Shown: positions 50,901 to 61,428 of the stretch, in pieces
How the letters are laid out: the number at the start of each line of letters is the position of its first letter
Numbering within the stretch: the stretch's first letter is position 1
Assembly: GCA_017499595.2 (NCBI GenBank)
Contig: CM039007.1
Coordinates: 2,666,001-2,730,000, forward strand
Direction: 5' to 3'
Length of the DNA: 64,000 nt
Source of the DNA: Psilocybe cubensis
Lineage: Eukaryota
Notes under the pieces: model-generated
The model's database searches: none
The model's input: only the letters and a program-made list of their open reading frames with translations
Told to the model about the DNA's origin: nothing
Program-made: the position numbers and the translations under genes

Positions 50901-51689
50901 TGTTTTATCCATCTCAGAAGCATTTTCTATTGTAAAAAGGTGCGGATTAGCAATGCACTCTTTTATCAGGTTTAGAAGCGTAGCTTTTTGATTCTTGTTC
51001 ATATGAGTGTCTAATGCAAGCTCTGCAATCTCGAAATCCAGTCGTGTAGCGAAAGGATGCCATGGTTTATCATGGTTTGGCTTTGGAAGAGCAGAAGTAG
51101 CATGTCGTGTGGAATGTGGATCATACTGTGATGTTGGAACAACCTTTGGAGATTTGTTTGCGCTTGGATGGTACTGTATTCGGACTTCATCTACTGTGTG
51201 TGATGAATAACCGCTAGACATTGCATCGAGCATGGAAAGAATTGAGCCACGAGGAATAGATTCAAGATCTGGAGCCTCCAGCGCCTCAGATTCTGCATCA
51301 GATTGGGAATTAACCAATAGTGTGTCATCCTGCTCGTTGTATGCTGACAGGGCCCGCTTGTCAGGATTATTGGTTTGTTGCATGTTGACGGATGCGGCAT
51401 TGGTTGTAGAGTAGGTATTTTGGAGAAGGGAGTTATAAGCACTATTTTCTAGAACATAATAAAGAACCATTTGTACTCATTTTCTATGCGAATGGATAAG
51501 CAATATTGGCGTACGCTGTGAGTAAAGTGTACCCGCAAGATTGGAAAATTCATTCTGTGCAAGCATTGTTGGAGCCTTCTGTTGGCAAGCTTGCATATGG
51601 CGGTTAATTCCCATCGTGGTAAATAGCTTGTTGCATCGAGGACAGCATTCAGTCCTTGGTATCTGACGTGAGCGGTCACGGTCCCCCAT
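47989..51689 (-). CDS. Plavaka transposase (multi-exon), copy 2
   Basis: Same exons as 24434-28134, with an R>W change (LMRSF to LMWSF). Confidence 0.8.
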
Positions 51690-53506
51690 AATATACTGCT
51701 GTTATTGTTACAGTAAGCAATGATTGATCAAGATACTAGTGAGAGCTAATTCAATGAAAAGGGGATCAATGATCAACAGTCAAGTAAGATATGACCTTAA
51801 ATATGCTCTCAGACGGTTATATATACCAGTATGCACAACCGCATGGCATAGTATGTTGAATTGAGGCCGCCGTGTTCCAATTCATATGATTGATCCACTC
51901 TGCTTTTGCATACCACTGTTTTTCCCATAGTCTTAAAATTAGAGCGTTGTCATGCCCAGCGTATACATCTTAATAAGACTCCTAACACAATTTTATCTCT
52001 AATAAAGCTACTACATCAAACTCACGATGTCAACTTGCAAGAGACATATCTTATCTCAAGCGTCAAGTTGTATTATTACCCATCTGTCCGGTTATATTGA
52101 AGGCCGGCTTGCACAGCAGCTATAACTCACGGTTGACATGAAATTTAGTCTTAATATATCTCACATTGAACTCTGGTACAGAGAAACTTGAATCTACCAT
52201 GCCGATAAATGCACTGAGAGGCTGGTATCTGTACTACCCGTCAATGATACGCGATTACCTTCTAAGGCAGTGCTTGCCTTTATTTGGCTGCGCTCTCTAT
52301 CCTTTATAAGGTAATAGCCAAATCTGTTAAGGCTGCCAAGATCCTTCAAAAGGCCAAATTCGGCCTAGCCAAGGCACGATGGTTATAAGGCTCCCCTGAA
52401 AATTCCGACACCGCCAGCCTTACTACAAACCACCGGCGTCCTGCCCGTGGACAGGCTGCGAGATGACTCGCAGCCCGGGACGGCTTGCAAGTCATATCCT
52501 CACGCATGCAAAAGTGCGGTATATATGTGTGTTGTGTGAGAGGTTGAAGACGACTATTAAATGCAAGGCGGCTAATCATGTGAAGGAGGAGCATTGGGAC
52601 GAAAGTACAATGGGAGTATGGAACTTGGAGGAAGCGGAAAGGTTTTGGAAGGAAGTACATTTCCGGGACGAGGGTTGTGAGTATGCTGCAAAGAGGGTAT
52701 AAGTATGGGTCGAGTGTTGGCATTTGGGTCTGAGATTTTATTTCTACAATATGGTTTATGTTTATAATATGATGTCTTTCCATCACGCCAGAATTAAAGA
52801 GCTATAAAAAGTGTGAATCCTTTCTTTATAACCTTACAGGAATTTGCATGGTATCTGGTATGCGTGCGTGAATAATAACTCGTTTATGGGCATGTATTCA
52901 CCCTTGTCAGAGTATCAATTAGTGTCCATGCTCCTCATATTGTATTAACGCTTTTATATAAAGCTCCTCAGCACTACATATATTCTACTCCCTTTATCAG
53001 TAGAGAACAGGCTGTAAATTGATCCCTAGGTAATTCAGAGGTAGGGAAGCCTTGAAATCACTGAGTCAGTACCTACATACTTACTGCCAGAGGCTTGGCG
53101 CCCACGATAAGATTACAGATCAGCGTGATATGTCATTGCCAATGAGCTGGCTCTGGCTGGATTGTCACCCCGTGCGAACTTACCAGCAAGAACTGCCGAC
53201 GTTTGTGATGCAGCAAGATTCTACCTAGAGCATGCCAGGTACTGGCATAGCAAATTAATCGTTCTTTTAGGTCTATCGATATGAAAGTAGCTGTAATTTG
53301 AAAAGCAATTTGTGCCTTTGGAAGCCTCCAAATGCATTGACAAGGCATTTGGGGACTTCGTCACTTTTGCCGATGGACATCCCACGCTTTTGATGACCAG
53401 ATTCAACTTAATTACACACCGCAAAGCGCCAAGTCCCCGACTTTCTGGTACTAGTATGTGAATATATCAACGGACTGGTCTTACACTTCAAGCTTCAATC
53501 TCAACC

Positions 53507-54667
53507 ATGTTTGGCTCAACAGCACTACTGGCCGCGGTCCTTGCTGGTCTTGCCCTTTCATCCATCTATTTCATCATCATCCTCCAGTTCCAGAATGGCA
53601 CCATGCGCATTCTTGACATTTATACCACTCACAACCCTGCTATACTCCCACCAGGCCCAGCTGGAGAATCTATAGCCCTTCGACATATTTACACAAACAT
53701 ATGGCCACTTGATGCTCTGATCAACCGCCTGACACCGTTCTTCTGGACACTCGTCACCGGGGTGTTGCCTGAACTGTCGTTGTTCGGGGTGTACATGGCT
53801 GGACAGCTCGTCGCATCCGAAACCCTACTTCTTCTCGAGGGCGCTCGGAGAGGGAATAAAGGACGGGTCGTATCATACTCAACACTGTGGGGCCTTGCGT
53901 GGCAGAACCTTCCGTGGGGATTCGTGCAGCCGGTATACAACCTCGTGCATGTTCTGGGAGCACGTTATTCGGAGGACCCGACGCCGATGACCATTACAGG
54001 CACCACGGACGCGATAGGGAGTATCCCAGGAGCAGTCGTCGTGGGGTACATTCTACCTTCTGTGATTATGTGCATCCCATCACCACAGTACCTCTCACAC
54101 GACACCCACCAGGCGCTCGTTTTTGCATGGCAGCTGTTCCCGCTCTGGATCTGGGCAGCACATACATTCATCACCCAACTCACCCCCAGAAGCACCTGGA
54201 GCAACCCTATCAAAGCACTAAGGAACACATACACATTTGCATTGCTTGTCGCGTGCCTTTCACACCTCTCCATCGTTGCTCTCGTCCTAGCGTTGATTTA
54301 TGGCCCAGCGGATGTACAGAAGCACCTCCGCGATACACTCCCTCCATCGTTTCTTCCATCCAATCCTGCACTAGTTTTCACGTTGTTCAAACCATTTGGC
54401 AAGGCCCAGGTGAGCGAATTGGCGGTTGGGGTGCTGAGTTTACTGCAGTACGATACGGTTTTTGCCGGATTCAGTGCGTTGCTGTGGGCGACGCATCTGC
54501 TTTGCTCCCGGAGGAAAAACAATGATGTGTTGAATGTCGTATTGGGAGGAGGGATCTTGATTCTGTTGTTTGGACCCTGTGGAGCTGCACTGGCTACCGT
54601 GTGGAAGAGGGATGAGGAGGTGTTTGCGGAGGCTGCGAGGGCTAGGAAAGGAAAGAAAGATTACTAG
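53507..54667 (+). CDS. Intronless multi-pass membrane protein resembling PaxA/AtmA/CtvD-like secondary-metabolism proteins
   Basis: 386 aa uninterrupted ORF with about 8 hydrophobic segments; LEGARRGN, AWQLFPLW and LLQYD motifs. The family call is from recall only. Confidence 0.6.
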   Translation: MFGSTALLAAVLAGLALSSIYFIIILQFQNGTMRILDIYTTHNPAILPPGPAGESIALRHIYTNIWPLDALINRLTPFFWTLVTGVLPELSLFGVYMAGQLVASETLLLLEGARRGNKGRVVSYSTLWGLAWQNLPWGFVQPVYNLVHVLGARYSEDPTPMTITGTTDAIGSIPGAVVVGYILPSVIMCIPSPQYLSHDTHQALVFAWQLFPLWIWAAHTFITQLTPRSTWSNPIKALRNTYTFALLVACLSHLSIVALVLALIYGPADVQKHLRDTLPPSFLPSNPALVFTLFKPFGKAQVSELAVGVLSLLQYDTVFAGFSALLWATHLLCSRRKNNDVLNVVLGGGILILLFGPCGAALATVWKRDEEVFAEAARARKGKKDY

Positions 54668-54926
54668 GGACATTTAGTCATCTTTTTTTAACATTATCAT
54701 GGCACTACGAGACCGACTCATTTCTCGTGCATAGTTGCATTTGAGATAGAATTTATGTGCATAACGTGAAGGTAACAGCAACAATTTCAAGGGTATCAAG
54801 GAGTTCAATTCTATCCCTGCTAGTCAAGTCATCGTCCATCCATCAAACCCGAGGGATACAGGCTAGAAGTCATCGGCCTAAAAAATGGTACAAAAGCGCG
54901 TTGAGTGCGCGGACAACTCGTCCACC

Positions 54927-55356
54927 ATGTTCTTCCCAATTTCCCCAACCAACAAAATCTTTGCCCTTTTCGTCCTAGCCTTCTCTTTGTCAGTGCAAGT
55001 GAAAGCTGCGACAGTTTCGGGCAACAACATCGTTGCCTTCAGCGGGGATGGATGCACGGGCAACCAAGGCTCCTCGATTCCGTGCGATTCAAGGTGCATC
55101 CCATTTGCCGGGAGGAGGTCACATATGGTTCGTTTCGTCTATACAGCATCTATGGCCTCTTACGCCCTTGTAACTGAATATGCACCAGACCGGCACAAAC
55201 TACCACTGCGTGCGCTACTTCACGGACGATTGGTGTATGAACGAGGTCGACGGTGCCAGCCTATCGGGCCAGAACGAGTGTCGGAATGTCGCGCCATCAA
55301 TTGGAGTGCGGTCCTTCAAGTGTGACCCAACGAGCGCGTGTCTGTGGGGACATTGA
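54927..55356 (+). CDS. Small secreted cysteine-rich protein (2 exons, 8 Cys)
   Basis: Signal-like IFALFVLAFSLSVQVKA; FSGDGCTG...PCDSRC, intron, then TGTNYHCVRYFTDDWC...NECRNV...SFKCDPTSACLWGH*. Confidence 0.75.
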
Positions 55357-57697
55357 TATGGGTGGCTGAAGTTCCTCCTAGGGTTAGAGTGGCATTTCAA
55401 GACGTGTACATCCCGAACCTCGTTATCGCGAATATTGTGATTTGCGGTGGAAGACGACTTGGGTCCCAATAGCAAATTTCGCCTCTGACAACTAAAACAA
55501 ACCCTCTCAGTCACTCATACCATTTTTGGTGTTCACGCTGTGCCAGCGTTGACCTACAGATCCGTTCGTGTCAAGATGTAATTAGATTTCTGCAGGCACC
55601 GATATTTCTAGGTTGACATAGCTGCGGAGGCGCTCAGATTGAGTGAAAAACATCAATGTATCAAAGAATATTTTCTCCTTCATATTTTGAGCACAAATCC
55701 CGGAACATGGAAAGGGTATTGTACGTATCTCCTTCGCATTAAAAGTGTTTATTATCTTTGTGGAATGGTAAAGCCGACTCGGGTGTCGGATGCTAATAAC
55801 AGGGGAATGCCGTATTGTGATGTCGAGAGACTGCTTATAACTTGAAGTCTCATTATCTATTTCTTGCCGAGTTGAATTCATTTTTCGACAATCGAATACG
55901 AGTGATGATCGAATGCCAATTGAATCAAAATAACGCCGTCAAACTACATAGTACTGGACATCAGTGCGTCAACGTTTAATTTTGTCTCCATTATTTCAAA
56001 CTACCCCGAGAATAACCTCCAGTTTCTTGACTACATCAAGACAAAGCATATCTTGAATCCATGCCAATGTTATTCTGGCTATCTGTACCCAGGTTCTGCT
56101 TTCCTACTCTTCAAATTGCTTTTAATAACGACTTGATTGATATGTAAAGTAGTCAGTTATTTTGATGGTGTCGTCTTTGACAACGATATGCCCATAATCG
56201 AGGCTGCACAGTATCTGAATAATCTTACGCAGGTCAATCTAAGCATTCGATGCGTTGCCCATTGGCCATTACCCACAACCTCAAGCACCTTTGGACCTCC
56301 TGATATCGGAGGTCTCTTCGTTGTTCAAATATTTCGGGATTTTCGACGGATGCTCCAATGGCATCGATGGTCCGAACGCCACTACAGCAGCCACTAAGCT
56401 GAAGTTGCCAGTCTGAGAGAATGTCAGTGTCACTGCGGATACGTTCTGAAAAGACGCACTTACTCCCCTCGTTGATATATATCTCGGATTATGCACCTCG
56501 TAAGCTCTATGAAGGAAGGGCACACACGTTAGTGGTGTTCAGGTAGATTGATTTGAGACCCGTGCCATTGTTCAGTAGCAAAACTTGCAAGGCTTCCTGT
56601 GCTTGGCGCTAGGCTTCGCAAACTTTCAAATGAATACGAACTTGACTTGACACATGAGCGAGTCACGGATATATATGTCGAGGATATTCATTTTCCACTT
56701 CCCTACATCCTTTGTACGGCATCTGCATGGATTGCGCAGTCGAGAGAAGACAGAACGAGGAGCAAAACTCCACGTCAACATCCTTGACAATGAGAATGTA
56801 CTGAATAATGTGATTATTTGTCAATTTATTTTGCAGAACCCTTTGCTTACCATTGATCTAGACCTTCGAGCTGGTGAATTTGCGACTCGTGGTAACGAAA
56901 AGCTTACGGTTTTATACAGACGTGCATGTGCAATGTTATTCGCTGGACTAGCTTCTCCAGGCAGCCAATGAGCGTCGGCGAGCTCGGCGTGATTTACAAG
57001 AGAAATTTGAATTACTTGAGTTGGGGTTCTGGCCGCCCAGATGGGTTCAATTCTTACGCCCTCCGAAGTCCGAAGGAATATGCGGATCACAGAAGACCGG
57101 GGTCTTGCGTCTTTGAGCGAAGGCCCGCCCGTTATTTCCGTCTTGACGATGGATTATAGGTTCATGGCACTGCTATTATTAGAGCTATGCCTCCCGCAAC
57201 ACGATTTATATTACGATGCATCTGTCTGGAAACTATACCTTGAACACGCACAACGAGATAATTTCGACCTGCGTTGTATCCGTTATGCATTGGTTAAAAT
57301 CATACATAACCATTGTGTCGCATGATCGGTGTAAATCCGGTGGCTTTACGGAGAGAAGGCTTTACTTGGGAAAGTATGTTAGAATATGGACCAGGCGGTA
57401 TGCAACGTCTGACACCGATATCTTTTCTTAGTGTCAGGTCCAAACCTATGGTGTAACAGAGGTCAGAGTAGTTGTGAGCATAAGAATTCCATGACAGCGT
57501 TTACGAGACTCGTGCTACAGCACATCATGAGATAACTTATATACGACTTTACGACGATAATATACAGCACAAGCGAGTTGTAATCAATCTAAATTTATAG
57601 TAGGGACACTTCGATATTTAAGCAGACATTGCCAGGTATCGCTACTAGTACAAGGCAAGTCCTGACCCTGAGCAGCTTGATTTGAGATCAGCCCGCC

Positions 57698-60335
57698 ATG
57701 CGTCTTCTAGTACTTTTATCGACACTTGTATCATTATCCCTGTACCCCTTTGTAGGAGGTTCCCCCGTTCGCAGGTCAACAGAACCCACAGTCACACTGA
57801 GCTATGGAGGATTCCAAGGAAAGACAAGTGGGAATCTTGTGAAGTTCCTCGGGATGCCATTCGCTGCACCGCCGTGAGTTTTTGTCTCTTGAGCCTTTCA
57901 GCAGATTAATGTAATAAATATATTGACGATTGCAAACAGTGTCGGGAATCTTCGATTCGCTCCGCCCCAACCTCCAATTCCCTTCGCCGGGGTCAAACCA
58001 GCCACCTCTTTTGGAGCAGCCTGCTTCCAGCAATTACCTCAGGGAATTTTTGCTGATTTAATTGCTCAAGGTGTAATCCTCAACTTCACCACAACGCCCA
58101 CTGAAGGGCCTGCTGGTATATCCGAGGATTGCAAGTGTTACATATTGACATCATTGAGGATGATGCTAATAAATATGACATAACTCTCTTGTTTAGGCTT
58201 GACAATCAACGTCGTGGCGCCAGCTACTCTGACACCTGGACAGAAAGTCCCTGTCGTATTCGTGAGTCACGGTATAATTACATCTAAGAATAACCGTTCA
58301 AGTATATTTATGCCTTCATTTAGTGGATGTATGGAGGTACGCAGACTTAGTCCTTGATTAAAATCGACAAATAACCTGAATGCCTTACTATGCCTAACTT
58401 TCAGGGGGGTTCCAGTTCGGAGATGCCTCTGTCAATCCAGGCGATACCCTAGTGGCAAGGTCCATTGAAGTCGGGGAGCCCATTATCTTTGTCTCGGCAA
58501 ATTATCGAATAAACGGTATGTCATGCTCCAAAAGTCAAAATTACCGTCGTTTCCTAACACGCCACGCATACAGCTTTCGGGTTCCTGGGAGGAAAAGAAG
58601 TTAAAGAAGCAGGAATAGGAAATGCTGGACTTCGTGACCGTATGTCCGTCATGATGATCATACTTCTTGTCCTAATTTCGTTTTAGAGCGTTTCGCTATG
58701 CAATGGATTCAAGAAAATATATCACTCTTCGGAGGTGATCCTACAAGAGTAACTATGTCGGCCCCCCAGTTCCGTTGTCGATTTTACTGTACTCATCTGA
58801 AAGCACAGATGGGGAAGTAGTGCCGGTGCTATATCCGTTGGATTACACATGGTTGCAAACAACGGAGACCCGCAGGGACTATTCCACAACGCGTTCATGG
58901 TATGCAATTTATTTTGATGAGAAAATGGTTTATGCGAGCGTGAACCATCCAGATATCGGGCTTCCCAATGGCTCTTCACGACATTGAACACCAGCAGCCT
59001 TTCTTTGACCAGCTTGTTAAAGACACTGGATGTACTGGCTCGACGGACCCCATTGCATGTCTAAGGGCCGTGCCTTATGACACCCTTGCTAACGCTGTCA
59101 ATCAATCCCCTGGGTTCTTCTCCTTCTCGAGCGTCCAACTATCTTGGCCGCCCACTGTCGATGGTCAATTTATCACTCAAGATCCACAGACTTCAATTCA
59201 GCAAGGCCGATATGCTAAGGTAGGTATTGGTTAGAATTGCTGACATTTGAACTAAGCGTTGTAGATCCCAATAATTGCTGGAGACTGTGACGATGAAGGA
59301 ACGTGAGTACTGCTCAGATGTACTTGATTTTACATAGAAGCTGACGGCCTTGTTACTGCAGGGTCTTTTCTCTTACTACTTTAAACATAACGTACATCAT
59401 CATGCTCTGCTTTTTCATGGTACTGTGCTCTAATGTGTGATTGTTTTCCCCTTTAGAAACGACAGTGAATTTATTGATTACATGAAAACAAAGTGAGCAT
59501 ACAACGTCTTTTGATATTTATATTTTCTGACGGAGTTGACAGTTACTTCGAAGATATCGCATCTGCGGAACAGTTGAAAGCTATTAGCATTGCGTACCCT
59601 CAGGATGTTACACAGGTGAGGCAGGCCAACTCTCCCCTTCAGTCAGCAGGCTAAACTGGAGAAAACATACTACAAGGGATCACCATTCAATACCGGAGCA
59701 TCTAATGCTTTAACGTCAGTGAAGGCAAAATGCGTTACTATTATTTAAGAGACTGACTCTGGGTTCAAGCCCGCAATTTAAACGCCTAGCCGCCATTCAA
59801 GGAGACTTGGAGTTCCAGGCGCCTCGTCGGTTCTTCTTGGAGACAGCTTCAAAAACACAACCAACTTATTCATACCGTCAGTCTCGCCTAATTCTCGGAT
59901 CATTGTATGACTCTACTGATCTCCTACTGGGATCCACAGTATACAAACGGGGCAAGTCTGTTCTTCTCTTTGGGGCTCAGCACGGATCCGACGTCAACGA
60001 CTGGTTCGGAATTGGAACCTCTACCGATTTTGTTGGAACCGATGCTGTTGGTACGTGAGCTCGTGTTACTAATAGTTGGTGCAGAATTGACCAAACTTCC
60101 AGTAAACTTTGTAAACAACGGAGATCCCAATACTTCCAATGCTCCAAAAGGTTCAAACATCACTCACATCAACTGGCCACTCTGGAGCTCCGACAAAGAG
60201 AATCCTCCTATGTTTACGTTCTTAGATAGTCCTCAACCAGGAGGGTCTCCAACCACCACCATTACCCCTGATACATACAGGACAGTTGGAATCCAACAGC
60301 TGATTGACATATACTTAAAGATCGGGACGGCGTAG
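57698..60335 (+). CDS. Secreted type-B carboxylesterase/lipase (many introns)
   Basis: Signal peptide; FLGMPFAAPP, GNLRF, SEDCL, WMYGGGF, NYR, NAGLRD, FGGDPTRVT, WGSSAG nucleophile elbow, GDCDDEGT, HGSD. Confidence 0.92.
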
Positions 60336-60768
60336 GAGGATTACGAGTACTCGTAATAAAGGAACAAAATATGCTTATGTATTCTATACATGATATTGAT
60401 ATTTTCAGCTGCGAGCCTTTTGAATAGGACCGTTATCAAAGTAACTTATTCGACTTACTTTAAACCAACGACTTTAAGCTTGGAAGAAATGTTTGTTGCT
60501 CTGGAGAGATAGTGCTCACGCATAATCCCTAGACCAAAATGAGGCTGTAAAATAATACAGGTAAAGGCAATCTAGCAAGGGATTCCCTCCCTAATATCTC
60601 CAATAGCCATATTGTGGACGGATTCAGTAGCGTTGAAGTTGAAAGACCGGGGCCCAATTCGAAGGCAGTGATTGGCTGATCCGCAAATTATTCCCACGGT
60701 CAGCACGCTTTCCGAGACTATCCGCAGGTAATTTTGAACCTCTGTACCATCACCAAACGCCCTCCAAA

Positions 60769-61428
60769 ATGAGTTCCATCGTGTCCTTCTTCTCTTCCTT
60801 TGTCTCGACCACCCACGCCGACTCCGAGAAGGAGGCCCCTGCCGACGCTGAGGTCGTCGTTGAGACACCTGAGGAAGAACCAGAGGAGCCCGAAGACGTA
60901 CGTGTCCTGGACCCCGTGCTTCACGCTGGCGTTACACAAAGGTCGATACTTACTAGACGTGGGGCGACTGAACCATAGGTCCACCCCGCCCTTCGCGAAG
61001 AATGCAAAGCCTCGGCAAAATGTGCTGCCCTGACGAAACACTTTGAACATTGCCAGGAGAAGGTTCAGTCTGGCCAAGGGTTCAAGGGCGAGGATTGTGT
61101 TGAGGAGCTGTGCGTTTTGAACTCTTTTCTCATGTGGAACAGGTTTACTAACGGTATATGCGCGTCGATCTATAGGTGTGCGTAGTCTGACGTCCAACCT
61201 GCCATATTTTATTACTGAATACTCTCCTTTTTCGTTATTTTGGGCTGTAGTCCAGTGCGTCACACAATGTGTTCCTTCACTAGATTGTACTAACTGAACG
61301 CTATATATCAGCATGATGCACTGTGTTGAGGTTAGTCTTTAATTCACCGTATTAAACACCACACCTCAATACTAACGTGAACCTTGCAGGAATGCGCTGC
61401 ACCCAAACTCTTCGCCAAGCTGCGTTAA
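60769..61428 (+). CDS. QCR6: Cytochrome bc1 complex subunit 6 (hinge protein)
   Basis: Acidic N-terminus; D/VHPALREEC...KHFEHCQEKV...EDCVEELFHMMHCVEECAAPKLFAKLR*. Confidence 0.92.

Larger units (their letters stand above)
43248..52410 (-). mobile_element. Plavaka-type DNA transposon, copy 2 (9163 bp including the nested LTR element)
   Basis: Same TIRs as copy 1; 2 bp TSD CC; 1588 bp longer than copy 1, which equals the 1583 bp insert plus a 5 bp TSD. Confidence 0.92.
42452..52702 (+). pseudogene. C2H2 zinc-finger protein gene split by Plavaka copy 2; true start uncertain
   Basis: CQFQNC...FAKHIFG...H before the insertion. Removing the element and one CC gives GLRQPYYKPPASCPWTGC...LASHILTH...YICVLC...NHVKEEH, in frame with ORF 52463-52702. 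Confidence 0.8.

Noticed and set aside
55500..57600. Short ORFs upstream of the esterase
   Set aside because: No motifs, splice pattern or repeat structure seen; treated as intergenic.
58810..58830. GSSAG instead of GESAG in the esterase, as a sign of inactivity
   Set aside because: The G-x-S-x-G serine, the acid (DEGT) and the His (HGSD) are all present.
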